A DNA stretch of 64,000 nucleotides from Trueperaceae bacterium (GCA_965213705.1 OZ243913.1:2624001-2688000), one strand, 5' to 3'; numbered from the stretch's first letter, positions 48,360-59,761 are shown. The notes: generated by a model from the sequence alone, not told the origin. Translations and numbers: made by a program.

Positions 48360-48935
48360 TCAGTGCAAAAGCTTAAGCGCCAGTTCGGTAACCGCTTCTC
48401 GGCACTCGCGCAGCTGCTCGACGAAAGTAGCAGCGTCGGGAGAGGTCCGCATCAGGTCGATGACGACGCCCTCGACGGCGGCAATGGTCATCGTCACCCG
48501 CAAGTCGCGGTTGTCCTCGGCGGCACCTTCGGCCAGCAACTTCGCAACCTGCGGACGCGCGGCGAGGGCGAGTTCCCTGTGCGCGTCCGGCAGGCGCTCA
48601 TTGTCACGAAAGGCGGCCAGGGCGACGCCGCTGTGAACCTCGAGCGCCGCCAGCAAACCCCCAATAATTCGCCGGGTACGCGCGTCGCCGGAAAGCTTTT
48701 CAGCCTCTCTCACCGCGGCCTCCACTCGCTCGAGGGGTTCGCTCAAAAGCTCGGCCAACAAATCTCCTTTCGACCTGAAATGGTAATAGAGCGACGGGTT
48801 GGCGATGCCTAGTTCCGCCGCGATGTCGCGTACTGAGGTGCCCGCATAGCCGCGCTCCGTAAAGAGGCGTGCCGCGACCTCGAGAATCCGCTGGCGAGTA
48901 TCGTCCTTGTTAACGGCGTGGGTGATGTTTTTCAT
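48360..48935 (-). CDS. TetR family regulator
   Basis: LFTERGYAGTSVRDIA..LGI..PSLYYHF.SK. Confidence 0.93.
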   Translation of the reverse strand: MKNITHAVNKDDTRQRILEVAARLFTERGYAGTSVRDIAAELGIANPSLYYHFRSKGDLLAELLSEPLERVEAAVREAEKLSGDARTRRIIGGLLAALEVHSGVALAAFRDNERLPDAHRELALAARPQVAKLLAEGAAEDNRDLRVTMTIAAVEGVVIDLMRTSPDAATFVEQLRECREAVTELALKLLH

Positions 48936-48952
48936 GTGTTTAGCAGTCACCC

Positions 48953-49014
48953 TTGACAGTTTACCTAGCACATGCTAGTTTGACAACGAGAAACGAACCT
49001 AGCAGGTGCTAGGT
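48953..49014 (+). promoter_or_regulatory. P450 promoter with two palindromic TetR operators
   Basis: TTGACA-N17-TAGTTT; acctagca-ca-tgctagtt (48963-48980) and acctagca-gg-tgctaggt (48997-49014). Confidence 0.8.
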
Positions 49015-49106
49015 AGAGGCAGTGCGAACGCGCCGAACACCAGCAGTAGCTGAAGGAAGGCTTATTTTTCTCGTGGCTGGCGTACCCAGAACAAAAGGAG
49101 AACCTC

Positions 49107-50324
49107 ATGACTACCACCGTCGCACAACCGGACTGGCAGAGCGCCGAGTTTAAGACCAACCCCTACACCTTTTACACCCAGCTTCGTGAGCAGGCCCCGG
49201 TGTACCCAGGCCCCAAAATTCGGGGGCAGCAAGCCTGGCTCGTCACCCGTTACGACGACGTTGCCCGCGTGCTCAAAGATGAGACGTTCGCCAAAGACAC
49301 GCGCAATGCCTGGACGCCCGAGCAGCTCAAAAAAGCGCCCTGGCTGCCGCCCATGTTCAGGCCGCTGCAGAACAACCTGTTGTCCCTGGACCCGCCCGAC
49401 CACACGCGGCTACGCGCCCTCGTCCACAAGGCTTTCGCGCCTCGCATGGTCGAACGGATGCGCGCCGAAACCCACACGCTCGCGCACGAGCTTGTGGACA
49501 AGATGGCGGCCGAGGGGGGTACGGTGGACCTCATCGAGCGTTTTGCTTTACCCTTACCCATCACCATCATCGGGCGCATCCTGGGGGTGCCGGAGAAAGA
49601 CAACGCCAAGTTTCACCGCTGGACCAGCGCTTTCGTCTCGCTCGGGTCGTGGCGACACGCCTTTTTGAAGGTTCCTGCCGTGTTGCAGTTTATACGCTAC
49701 CTGCGCAACCTCGTTCGGCAGCGCGCCGAGGTACCGCAGGACGACCTCGTTTCGGCGCTGGTGCTGGCTAGGGAGCAGGACGACGCGTTGACCGAAGACG
49801 AAGTGCTCGCCATGACCTTTTTGCTGCTGAGCGCCGGGCACGAGACGACGGTGAACCTGATAGCCAGCGGCACGCTCGCGCTGCTCGAGCACCCCGACGA
49901 GTGGCGCAGACTGCAAGCGGAGCCGGCGCTGATGAAAAGCGGCGTCGAGGAGCTTTTACGCTTCGTGACACCCGCCGAGATGTCCACCGAGCGCTTTGCG
50001 CGGGCGGACACAGAGGTCGCAGGGACGGTCATCCCCAAGGGTGCGTTAGTCTTAGGCGTCATCGCCTCGGCCAACCGTGACCCCCGGCGTTTCGAGAACC
50101 CCGAGACCGTGGACGTTGCCAGACAGGACAACAAACACCTCGCCTTCGGACAAGGTATTCATTACTGCGTCGGCGCGCCGCTCTCCAGGCTCGAGGCCGT
50201 CGTTGCGTTTGGGGCGCTGACCGAGCGACTGCCGAACCTGCGCCTGGGCGTAGCGCCCGCGAAGCTCGAGTGGCGCAGCAGCCTTATCCTGCGCGGGCTA
50301 AAGGCGCTACCCGTTTCGGTTTAG
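49107..50324 (+). CDS. Cytochrome P450 (CYP107-like)
   Basis: DPPDHTRLR, AGHETT, EELLR, FGQGIHYCVG. Confidence 0.96.
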   Translation: MTTTVAQPDWQSAEFKTNPYTFYTQLREQAPVYPGPKIRGQQAWLVTRYDDVARVLKDETFAKDTRNAWTPEQLKKAPWLPPMFRPLQNNLLSLDPPDHTRLRALVHKAFAPRMVERMRAETHTLAHELVDKMAAEGGTVDLIERFALPLPITIIGRILGVPEKDNAKFHRWTSAFVSLGSWRHAFLKVPAVLQFIRYLRNLVRQRAEVPQDDLVSALVLAREQDDALTEDEVLAMTFLLLSAGHETTVNLIASGTLALLEHPDEWRRLQAEPALMKSGVEELLRFVTPAEMSTERFARADTEVAGTVIPKGALVLGVIASANRDPRRFENPETVDVARQDNKHLAFGQGIHYCVGAPLSRLEAVVAFGALTERLPNLRLGVAPAKLEWRSSLILRGLKALPVSV

Positions 50325-50335
50325 ACGCGCGAGGC

Positions 50336-50711
50336 GTGGCGGTGGTGACGGTAAGCGTACTGCTCTGGAGCGTGCAGCGACTGCTAGCGGGGTTGTTTTC
50401 GTTCGCGGGTCAGCTGCTTTCTGTTGACACCGCGGCAAAAGCTCGTGGCGGGCGCGGCGTGGGCAAACGGGTTCTCTGCAAGCACGACCAAGCTTATCGG
50501 CCTGCTCGAGGTGCTCGGGGCGGTTGGACTTGTCGTGCCGATGCTGACCGGCGGTCCTGCCGTGGCTCACGCCGCTGGCGGCGGTTGGGCTGGCTTTACT
50601 CATGGGCGGCGCGGTCACTCTTCACCTGCTCAACGGTGAGTACCTTTACACTCCTGCCGCTGGCCGTGTTGCTGAGCATCTTTGTCGTTTATGGACGGCG
50701 CGTGGTTTTGA
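50336..50711 (+). pseudogene. DoxX-like membrane protein pseudogene
   Basis: LLWSVQ.LLA.LF / KLIGLLEVLGAVGLVVP / LPWLTPLAAVGLALLMGGA..H / FVVYGR spread over three frames. Confidence 0.75.
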
Positions 50712-50908
50712 CTCTCTTGGTAAACCGAATGATGAGAAACACCGGTTCTTTTTGCAAAGCCACAAGATTGCCAACCGGCCCATTCACCCTACACGTGAGG
50801 TATGCAAGACCTCAGACGGGTGCTTAAGTATACGGCGTCGGTCCATACTCTCCATAGTCGACGCCTCCCGAACCCACATTCTCACCCTGAACCTTTACAC
50901 TTAAAAGC

Positions 50909-51136
50909 ATGTACGACGCCGAGGGTTCTTACGACAACGAACGCTGCCCCCAGTGCGGCAGCTTGAAAACCATCACCTACCGCTTTGAGGAGGGCTTTAG
51001 CGAACTCGAGTGCGAGACCTGCGGTTTTCACTCGGACGCGCCCGAAATCAGCGACTTGGGCCGGTACCGGGGCGAGTTGCTCGAGAAACCCTTGGGCGAC
51101 CTGCCGCCGATTCCCCTCAAGAAGCTCGAGGCTTAA
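50909..51136 (+). CDS. Small zinc-ribbon protein
   Basis: CPQC...CETCG; TACACT 7 nt before ATG. Confidence 0.75.
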   Translation: MYDAEGSYDNERCPQCGSLKTITYRFEEGFSELECETCGFHSDAPEISDLGRYRGELLEKPLGDLPPIPLKKLEA

Positions 51137-51286
51137 ACGTGAATGTGTCGAAAAGCCATCATCGTTCTTAACGACTTTTGCGTATACTTGACGCTAACTT
51201 TAGCGCCGTGATGCCAGAACGACGTGCCGAAGAGAACGCGCCAGCCTACACCGGGGGCAAATCCCTCGTTAGGGAAAGGAGCTAGT

Positions 51287-51655
51287 ATGGACGTAAAGGT
51301 CGTGCTGAGTTCGGACGAAATCGTACGGGGTTTGAGACACTACAGACGTATCGCCAAACAGGACCTATTACGCTCGCCAGAAACCGAAAACCCCGACGTT
51401 CTTCGCTCGCACGCCGAAGCTCGGCGCGAGGTCTACGCTTACCTGAGCGACCTGGCCGAGCGCTTGAGCCCCGCCGACGTCGCCAAAGAAGCGCTCAACT
51501 ATTACCAGCAACTGCCCTTTGTGACCGGCTCGCCCGAAACCGAATTTGTCGACATCAAAGCCAAGGAAAACGCCCTCGAGAACTTCTTTTTGATGATCGG
51601 TTTAGAGCCCAAAATCCGCCGCGAGGTGCGCAGCCAAAGGCCCTCGAAAGCCTAG
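51287..51655 (+). CDS. Hypothetical protein
   Basis: AAAGGAG SD before ATG 51287; backbone-like codon usage. Confidence 0.8.
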   Translation: MDVKVVLSSDEIVRGLRHYRRIAKQDLLRSPETENPDVLRSHAEARREVYAYLSDLAERLSPADVAKEALNYYQQLPFVTGSPETEFVDIKAKENALENFFLMIGLEPKIRREVRSQRPSKA

Positions 51656-51721
51656 CGGTCGGCCCGACGTTTTTGCGCGCTTGTCGAAGCGGCGGCAGTG
51701 TGGTCGGTAACTAGAATTTCA

Positions 51722-51752
51722 AAAAGAGCGCGCTTCAACAAGCGCGCTCTTC
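51722..51752. terminator. Hairpin, probable terminator
   Basis: aagagcgcgctt-caac-aagcgcgctctt. Confidence 0.7.
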
Positions 51753-51877
51753 GTTTGCAAGCTGTCCAGCGGTTGCAGGGCCACGCTTTTGGGTAGACTG
51801 GGGCAGGATTTTAAGCCACCCGAGGTTCGGACCCGGCCGGCCTGAGGGGACAACCTTTACCCCAGAGGAGTTCAAGC

Positions 51878-52492
51878 GTGACCCTAGCAGACCTCGAGAA
51901 ACAAGCCTCGACGAAACCCAACGGTTTGGACGCCCTGAGCGACAACGTCGTTTTCGGCGAAGGCCCGCCCGACGCCAAACTCATGATTGTCGGCGAAGCG
52001 CCCGGCCAGGACGAGGACGAGCAGGGCCGCCCGTTCGTGGGAAGAAGCGGCCAACTGCTCGACCGGATTTTAGACAGCGTAGGGTTGCACCGTGACGACG
52101 TTTACGTGACCAACATGGTCAAGTACCGCCCGCCCGGCAACCGCAACCCGACCCCGCAGGAAATTACAGCCAGCGAGCCGCTGCTGCTGGAACAAATCAA
52201 GCTCGTCCAGCCGCAGATTATCGCTACGCTCGGCAACGTGCCCACGCAGTATTTTATAGGCACCAAAGACGGCATCACCAAAACCCACGGCAACTGGTAC
52301 GAGTGGCACGGCGTGAAGGTGTTTCCCCTTTATCACCCGGCTTACTTGCTCCGCAACCCGAGCCGCGAAAAGGGCAGCCCCAAGTGGCAGATGTGGCAGG
52401 ACATGTTGGAGCTTAAAAAAACCCTGGACGAGCTTCCCCCGAAAGAGGGTAACTTCGTCCTTGACACCGCGCAGCAGGAAGGGTTGTTTTAA
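51878..52492 (+). CDS. Uracil-DNA glycosylase family 4
   Basis: GEAPG..ED.QGRPFVG, RPPGNR.P, HPAY. Confidence 0.93.
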   Translation: MTLADLEKQASTKPNGLDALSDNVVFGEGPPDAKLMIVGEAPGQDEDEQGRPFVGRSGQLLDRILDSVGLHRDDVYVTNMVKYRPPGNRNPTPQEITASEPLLLEQIKLVQPQIIATLGNVPTQYFIGTKDGITKTHGNWYEWHGVKVFPLYHPAYLLRNPSREKGSPKWQMWQDMLELKKTLDELPPKEGNFVLDTAQQEGLF

Positions 52493-52561
52493 GGAGAAAG
52501 GAAAAAGGAGAAAGTGGAAAGAGGTGATTCTTTTTCCTTTCTCCTTTTCACTTTCCCCTGA
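52491..52561. repeat. Heptamer inverted-repeat element copy E
   Basis: aaggagaaaggaaaaag ... ctttttcctttctcctt (17-bp perfect IR). Confidence 0.9.
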
Positions 52562-52567
52562 CTTCCT

Positions 52568-52837
52568 ATGTCCGACAAACACTTTATCGGCCTGGTCCAC
52601 TCGGTGCTGAGTTCGGCCCAGGCGGCGCTCGGCGAAACCGACAGCCCGCTGACGATGCGCTTGGCGAACGACGGAATCCTGGCGCGCAAGACGGCGGAGC
52701 GGAGTTTGGCGCTCCTCACGATGCTCCAAACCAAAACCCTCGGCAATTTGGATGAAACCGAGCGGGACGTTCTCACCAAGGCGATTGACAAGGTTCAGGG
52801 CGGTCTGGAACGGCTCGAGCCCGCCGACCTCAACTGA
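52568..52837 (+). CDS. DUF1844-like protein
   Basis: F.GLV.S..S.A..ALG, L.ML..KT.GNL...E. Confidence 0.8.
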   Translation: MSDKHFIGLVHSVLSSAQAALGETDSPLTMRLANDGILARKTAERSLALLTMLQTKTLGNLDETERDVLTKAIDKVQGGLERLEPADLN

Positions 52838-53280
52838 TGCGCGCGCTTCTCCAGCGGGTGTCCGAGGCCAAAGTCACGGTGGGCGGCGAAACGGTGGGCG
52901 GAATAGGCGTAGGTCTGCTCGTGCTCCTCGGCGTCAGCCGCGAAGATACCGAAGCCGAAGCGCGCAAGCTCGCCCAAAAAATCGCCAAGTTGCGCGTTTT
53001 CAACGACGACGCGGGCAAGATGAACCTCAGTGTCAAGGACGTGGGCGGCGCGGCGCTCGTGGTCAGCCAGTTCACGCTGTACGCCGACACCTCGGGCGGC
53101 AACCGGCCGAGTTACGTCTCAGCGGCGCGGCCCGAGCAGGCCATACCTCTTTACGAGTTTTTCAGCGAAGCGTTGCGGCTCGAGGGCCTCAGGGTCGAGA
53201 ACGGCGTGTTCGGGGCCGACATGGACGTGGAACTCCTCAACCAGGGGCCGGTGACGATTTGGCTCGACACGGACCACTAG
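52837..53280 (+). CDS. dtd: D-aminoacyl-tRNA deacylase
   Basis: QRVSEA.V, VSQFTL, GVFGA.M.V...N.GPVT. Confidence 0.96.
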   Translation: MRALLQRVSEAKVTVGGETVGGIGVGLLVLLGVSREDTEAEARKLAQKIAKLRVFNDDAGKMNLSVKDVGGAALVVSQFTLYADTSGGNRPSYVSAARPEQAIPLYEFFSEALRLEGLRVENGVFGADMDVELLNQGPVTIWLDTDH

Positions 53281-53380
53281 CCGCCCGCTTTTTCACACCA
53301 AGTCGAAGAAAACGGTCTTTGACCTTGCCCCCTCGACAAGGGGGCGCAAAAGAGTCTCGGCTACTTGCGGTGTCGGTGCA

Positions 53381-53412
53381 AAAAAAGGCGGCCGGTTCTC
53401 GGCCGCCTTTTC
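53381..53412. terminator. Bidirectional terminator
   Basis: aaaaaaggcggccg-gttct-cggccgcctttt between convergent genes. Confidence 0.8.
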
Positions 53413-53428
53413 GTGCTCGGTTGAAGCT

Positions 53429-54613
53429 CTAGCGCGGTGTCAGGGCTTTGGTGACCATAGCCGTGGGCATCAGGTCGAAGCCGTAGCCGAGGAGGTAGGC
53501 CTCGAGCGTCGTCGAGTCGCCGCCTGAGAAGTCAATCGTGACGTTCTCGCCGGGTGTGCCGTTGGCGTTTTCGTCGTCGAGCACGCCTGCGAAAGTCGCA
53601 GCGTCGTCGCCGTCAACCGTGACGGTGCCGTCGCTCAGCCGGGCCGAAGCGACGCCCTGGAAACTGCCCGCCATAAAGTCGTTGACGCTCAGGTTGAAGT
53701 CGGCAAAGACCACTTCGCTGAAGTTCGTGTCCACGCGGAAGCTGTGGCTGTCGTCGGTCATGGTCGAGGCCGCGCCGAAGCTCAAACTCCCGCTGTCGAC
53801 TTCAAAGCTGTCGGTAAAGCAGGCGTCCCGGGTCAGGGTGCCGCTGACGTTCAGGGTGAGGTCCGCGCTCAACTCGGTTCCGGCTTTGAGCGCGCCCTGC
53901 ACCTGCAGCGAGGTGTCGCCGAGGCTGTAGCCGACGTCGCTGAACGTCACCGAGCCGACAGCGCCGCTCAGGCTCACGCGGGTCGGCTCCAGGATGCCGT
54001 CGGCGCTGCCGCAGTCCGGCGTGTTGTACCAACTGAACGCCCCGTTGAGACTGGCAACTTCTACACCGTCCGCCGTAAAGGTGGCGGTCATGTCGGTGGG
54101 AACTTCGTACAAGTCGCCCCCCCGGTCGGCCACGTCCAGGGTGTCGCCCCAGTCGACTTTGAGTTCGGCCGTGGCGCTGCCGTTTTCGGTCTGGTAAGGA
54201 TAGCGCAGCACGAGGTTGTCGGTGTCGGCCGCGTAGGTGCAGGTGCCGGTCGCGGGGTCGTAGGTGTAGGTGCCTCGAGCCAGGGTGTAACCGGCCGGGG
54301 TGTAGTCGGCCGGGGTGTAGTCGGCCGAGGTCGCCAAACCTTGCGGGTCCAAGCCGCTCTTGAAGGTGATAAACCTGAAAATATCTTCGACGACGGGACA
54401 GCCCTCAAGGTTGAGGGGCACTTGTAAGGCCGCCGCGACGGCGCCGAACACCGCGGGGTCGTCGAAACTTCCCCAGTCGTCGCCCAGACCGTTCATGACC
54501 GCGGCGAGGTCGGTTTCCGTGTAGGTCTTGCCGGTCGGCACGGGTTCCGGGCGCGCGCAAGCCGCGAGCAGCGCTGCAAGTAAAAAGGGTAGCAAAAAAG
54601 TCAAACGTTTCAT
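53429..54613 (-). CDS. Hypothetical acidic lipoprotein
   Basis: LLAAC lipobox; internal ADYTP tandem repeat. Confidence 0.8.
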   Translation of the reverse strand: MKRLTFLLPFLLAALLAACARPEPVPTGKTYTETDLAAVMNGLGDDWGSFDDPAVFGAVAAALQVPLNLEGCPVVEDIFRFITFKSGLDPQGLATSADYTPADYTPAGYTLARGTYTYDPATGTCTYAADTDNLVLRYPYQTENGSATAELKVDWGDTLDVADRGGDLYEVPTDMTATFTADGVEVASLNGAFSWYNTPDCGSADGILEPTRVSLSGAVGSVTFSDVGYSLGDTSLQVQGALKAGTELSADLTLNVSGTLTRDACFTDSFEVDSGSLSFGAASTMTDDSHSFRVDTNFSEVVFADFNLSVNDFMAGSFQGVASARLSDGTVTVDGDDAATFAGVLDDENANGTPGENVTIDFSGGDSTTLEAYLLGYGFDLMPTAMVTKALTPR

Positions 54614-54718
54614 CGAATCCTCCGTGTGTAGCCGAACGTAACTGTATGTAACCGAACGCGTGTGACTGGGGCATGAAAACGAGGTGTGAGAACGAGCAAG
54701 TTCGGGGCGACCGCCTTG

Positions 54719-55141
54719 TTACTGCTTTTCCAAGTCCAGCGTGCCGTTGATGGTGCCGACACAACCGACACCCGTGTAGCTGCCGCTGAGTTTAGCACTC
54801 GTTGCGGGGTCGACGCGCGTCACGCTCGCCTGGTAAGGACAGTAGTCCGGGTCGTCGGGCGTAAGCCGCAACCGCAACGTTTCACCCTCCAAGCGGCCGG
54901 TCACGTCGCCCGCCGCCGCGTAACGTGCCAAACCGGCGGTGAAAGTCAGCAGCATCTCGCCCGTCAACGTGTCGCCGTCTTGAACGAGAACCAGTTCTAC
55001 GTCGGCGCGGCCCAGGTTGTCGGCCGCGTCACCCAGGTAGCGGCCCGTCAAGCTTGCCGCGGGCGCGGGCGGCGGGGGTGCCAAGCGCGGTGAGGCGCAG
55101 GCGCTCAGCAGGAGCGTTGTGAAGAGCAGAGCGCGTCTCAT
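54719..55141 (-). CDS. Small hypothetical lipoprotein
   Basis: MRRALL...LSAC lipobox. Confidence 0.75.
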   Translation of the reverse strand: MRRALLFTTLLLSACASPRLAPPPPAPAASLTGRYLGDAADNLGRADVELVLVQDGDTLTGEMLLTFTAGLARYAAAGDVTGRLEGETLRLRLTPDDPDYCPYQASVTRVDPATSAKLSGSYTGVGCVGTINGTLDLEKQ

Positions 55142-55181
55142 AAAAAGGTCCGGCGCTGCTGTTTGCAGCGCCGGAAACAAG

Positions 55182-56108
<927 letters not shown>

Positions 56109-56126
56109 GTGTAGTCTCCTTTCGCC

Positions 56127-57155
56127 TTAGGGAAGGTTGTTGGGGAATTCGGGGTCGAGCAGCACGGCGAACTCGGCTTCCAACCCGGGAGGTACGCTGA
56201 TGCCTTTCGGGAAAAAGCCGCCCGCGGCGTTGGTAACGTCCGGGTTTAGAAAGACGATGTTGGCGACCTGCCGCGGCGTGCGGCTGAAGACAATCGAGTT
56301 TTCGTCGGTCGGGACGATGTTCGCGCCGCCGTGGGCTTGGGTGGACATCCCGTTGAGCGCGGCTTTGGTAATGCCCTGGTCCAAGTCGGTGGGGCCGTCG
56401 AGCGAGTCGCGCGCGTCTGAAATCGCCTCGACGATGTTCCAAATCGGCAGCGGGCCGTACAGGCCGTCGGCAAGGTCGCCGCCGTTTACACGCCCGTCGG
56501 CGGCGTACAGCACGAGTCGGATTTCGCCCGCGTGGTAAGCCTCGACGCCCAAAATGCTCGCCGCCGCTTGAAGAAAGTCCTTGTTTTTGACAAAGCGCGC
56601 CGCGCCCTTGTAGGCCGTGACGCCCACGTCTTCAAAGATGAACGCGCCGTGGAGGAAAAACACTTCCGCTGCGAACGGGTTGAAGTCTTGAGGCGTAAAG
56701 GGCAGCGAAGCGCCGTTGTCGGCAAGCGTGCCGAAGGCGGCCGCCGCGGCGTTCTGAAACGACATGTTCAGGTCCAAAACCGGCCGCTCGGCGGCGTCGG
56801 GTCCGAGCGCGCCGCGCAAAAAGTTGACGTGGGCAAGTTCGTCTTCGGCAATTTCCAGAGCGTAGGCTCGAGCGAAGTCGTTTTCGAACGGCAACTCTTT
56901 GCTGCCGTCAAAGCCGCTCGGCAAAAGCACCTCGGCGGTGCCGCCGGGCAAGCGGTCCAGCTGGCCCACGGCGGCCAGGTAAAAAGCGGCTTCTAAGTAC
57001 TCCAAGTTGAGAGCGAAGTTCAAAATGGCCGGGTCCAAGTCTTGCGGCACGGCCTTCATGCGGGGGGTACAGGCGGCGAGGGTCGCGCCCGCGCCCACCA
57101 TCGCCAGGTTGTTGAGCAATCTACGGCGGTCCATTTTGGTTTCGAAAAGGTTCAT
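56127..57155 (-). CDS. Tat lipoprotein, ferritin-like (Ferritin_2) paralog
   Basis: DRRRLL...LAAC; same di-iron motifs. Confidence 0.9.
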   Translation of the reverse strand: MNLFETKMDRRRLLNNLAMVGAGATLAACTPRMKAVPQDLDPAILNFALNLEYLEAAFYLAAVGQLDRLPGGTAEVLLPSGFDGSKELPFENDFARAYALEIAEDELAHVNFLRGALGPDAAERPVLDLNMSFQNAAAAAFGTLADNGASLPFTPQDFNPFAAEVFFLHGAFIFEDVGVTAYKGAARFVKNKDFLQAAASILGVEAYHAGEIRLVLYAADGRVNGGDLADGLYGPLPIWNIVEAISDARDSLDGPTDLDQGITKAALNGMSTQAHGGANIVPTDENSIVFSRTPRQVANIVFLNPDVTNAAGGFFPKGISVPPGLEAEFAVLLDPEFPNNLP

Positions 57156-57477
57156 CTGTTAGGCCTCCCTGCGCTAACCGGTTGAGTTTTTGCTGTTAGC
57201 ATGTCGGTTTTCATGTCGTCGGGACCTTCCTGGGGTGCTTCTTGACGGGTGTGCTCCTTTACGGCTGCGGCTGAATACCTCCCTCGTCAGCGGTGTGGAA
57301 ACGGGACGGCGACTGCACAGCGTGTACGCTTTTCCTTTCGGCTCGAATAAAAGACAAGGCACAAAACGGTCTCGAGCGGTCAAAGTTAAAAACTTCACAC
57401 CTTGTGACAAGTAGCTACACGCGCCGTGCGAGATTGGATGTGAGCTGTTTAAAGGTAGCCGCCGGCGTGAGCTTGGC

Positions 57478-58935
57478 TCAGGGCGCCAGCGGCAGGGTGA
57501 AGGTGAAGCTCGAGCCCTCCCCCACCACGCTTTCCACCCGAATCGTCTGGCCGTGCAAGGCCAAAATGCGTTTGGCAATCGCCAAACCCAAACCGGTACC
57601 CTCGCCGACCGTATCGACGCGGTAAAAGCGGTCAAACAGGTGAGACAAGGCTTCGGGCGCGACGCCCTCGCCGCTGTCGGTTATCTCGACTTCCAACAGG
57701 CGCGGTTTCGCGCGCAAGTTCACGCGCAGGTTCACGCGCACCGTGCCCCCCGGCGGCGTGTGGCGCAGGGCGTTTTCAATCAGGTTGGTCAACACCCGCT
57801 CGACGAGGCCCAAGTCGGCGCAAACAAACGGCAGCGCGTCGGGTGCCTGCACGCTCAAGCTCAGGTTTTTGTTCGACGCGGCAAGTTCGAACTTTTGCAC
57901 CACGTCTTGGGCTAAGTCCTGGAGCGGGAACGCCTCCGGACGTGCCAACACCGCGTCGGCCTCGAGCCGCGACAAGTCGAACAGGTCGGTGACCAAGCGG
58001 CCCAAACGCTCGGCGTTTTTACGCGCCGCTGCCACGTAAACCCGGCGCTGCTCGTCGGTGAGCGTGGCTTTGCGTTCGACGGTTTCTAAGTAGCCCTGCA
58101 ACGCCGCGAGCGGCGTGCGCAGGTCGTGCGACACGTTGGCGATGAGTTCGCGGCGCAAGCTGTCGGTTTGCCGCAACGCCCCGACCTGTTCAGTGATGCG
58201 CTGCGACATCTCGCTGAACACGTTGTGCAAGGTGTCGATGTCGTCTTTGGGCGAGGGTACGGGCGGCAAGGGCGGCAGGGGCGCGAAGTCGGCTTGCCGA
58301 AAAGCGGTCATCGCCGCTTCTAAAACGCGCAAGCGCCGCGTCAGCAGGGTGAACGCCAGCACGCCCGCGCCGAAGACCAGCAGCAACGTCACCCCGCCGC
58401 TCCACAGCCCGACCCGGAGCACGGTGCTGTTTTGCGCCGCGCGAATCACCGAGTCGCCGGTTTGGTCGGCCAGCAGCACGTACAAGTAACCCATGCGGTC
58501 GGCGAGCGGTGTGACCGAAAAAATCTTGCGGCCGCCCGCGTGGCGCGGGTCGGTGCCGAGGACGGGAGCAGACGCGCCCCGCAAAAACGCCGTCAACGGC
58601 TCCAGAGCGACTTTTTTAAGCTCGAGGTCCGCCATCGGCACCGACGAGCCGATAATCTGCCCGGCTTGCGTCAGGATGTACACCTCGACGCCGGGGTTGG
58701 TCATCGCCAGGGTTTCGGCGAGGCCGTCGAGCTTGGCGGTGTCGACCGTTTCGCCGATCATCAGGTCGGGCGTGTCCGCCAACAAACTCTGCGCCAAACC
58801 CACGTTCAACTGTTGGGTAATTTCTTGGTAGTAGCGCTGCGCGGTCGTGAGGGTCGCGAAAACGAACAGCGCGCCGAGCGGGACGAGCAGGGCGGTCAAC
58901 ACGAGCAGCAAGCGGCCGTGAAGGGTTTTCAGCAT
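57478..58935 (-). CDS. Sensor histidine kinase (HAMP-HisKA-HATPase)
   Basis: SHDLRTPL, NLIENA, D.G.G, G.GLGL. Confidence 0.95.
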   Translation of the reverse strand: MLKTLHGRLLLVLTALLVPLGALFVFATLTTAQRYYQEITQQLNVGLAQSLLADTPDLMIGETVDTAKLDGLAETLAMTNPGVEVYILTQAGQIIGSSVPMADLELKKVALEPLTAFLRGASAPVLGTDPRHAGGRKIFSVTPLADRMGYLYVLLADQTGDSVIRAAQNSTVLRVGLWSGGVTLLLVFGAGVLAFTLLTRRLRVLEAAMTAFRQADFAPLPPLPPVPSPKDDIDTLHNVFSEMSQRITEQVGALRQTDSLRRELIANVSHDLRTPLAALQGYLETVERKATLTDEQRRVYVAAARKNAERLGRLVTDLFDLSRLEADAVLARPEAFPLQDLAQDVVQKFELAASNKNLSLSVQAPDALPFVCADLGLVERVLTNLIENALRHTPPGGTVRVNLRVNLRAKPRLLEVEITDSGEGVAPEALSHLFDRFYRVDTVGEGTGLGLAIAKRILALHGQTIRVESVVGEGSSFTFTLPLAP

Positions 58936-58936
58936 C

Positions 58937-59647
58937 TCATTCGGGCGTCGCGAACTTGTAACCGACGCCCCACACGGTCTGGATGTAACCCGGCTGCGCG
59001 GGGTCCGCTTCGATTTTGGCGCGCAGGCGGTTGATGTGCGAATTCACCGTGTGCTCGAAGCCGTCGTAGCCGTAGCCCCACACCAGGTCGAGCAGTTGCG
59101 CGCGCGTGTAAACCTTGCCGGGGTGCTGCGCGAACTGCACCAGCAGGTCGAACTCTTTGGCCGTCAGGCCGAGCGAGCGCCCGCCCAGGGAGACTTCGCG
59201 TTTTTCCAAACGGATGACAAGCTCGCCGGCACGCAGTTCGGCGGGCGCGTCGGGCGCGGGGGCGCTCGCCAACTGCGCCTTGCGGCGCAGAAGCGCCTTG
59301 ACCCGCGCTTGCAGCTCGCGCAGGCTGAAGGGTTTGACGAGGTAGTCGTCCGCACCCAGTTCCAGACCCAACACCCGGTCGAGTTCGCCGCTTTTCGCCG
59401 TCAGCATGAGGACGAGGGCGTAGGGCTCGCGCTCGCGCACGCTTCGGCACAGCTCGAGCCCGCTCAAAGACGGCAACATCAGGTCTAAAACAATCAAGTC
59501 GTAACGCCCCGACAGCGCCGCCTCCAGCCCGTCCGCGCCGTCGTGAACCACGTCGACTTCGTACCGCTCGTCCCGCAAGGTGAGCGCGACGAGGTGCGCG
59601 ATGTCCCGGTCGTCTTCGACCACGAGAATTTGAGCCGTTGCCGTCAC
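58937..59647 (-). CDS. OmpR-family response regulator
   Basis: VEDD, LDLMLP, KPFS, wHTH ending TVWGVGYKF. Confidence 0.95.
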   Translation of the reverse strand: MTATAQILVVEDDRDIAHLVALTLRDERYEVDVVHDGADGLEAALSGRYDLIVLDLMLPSLSGLELCRSVREREPYALVLMLTAKSGELDRVLGLELGADDYLVKPFSLRELQARVKALLRRKAQLASAPAPDAPAELRAGELVIRLEKREVSLGGRSLGLTAKEFDLLVQFAQHPGKVYTRAQLLDLVWGYGYDGFEHTVNSHINRLRAKIEADPAQPGYIQTVWGVGYKFATPE

Positions 59648-59761
59648 CGCCTAACAGTATGCCCTCGAGCCTTCACGAAAACGTCGCGGGGGCACAACGA
59701 GAGGAGTTTGCTCACCGAACACCTCCCTGAAAACGGCAAACGAGGACCACCCCATCCCCTT

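Noticed and set aside
57156..57477. Riboswitch or ncRNA in the long intergenic region
   Set aside because: No known aptamer recognised by eye; an Rfam/Infernal search would be needed.
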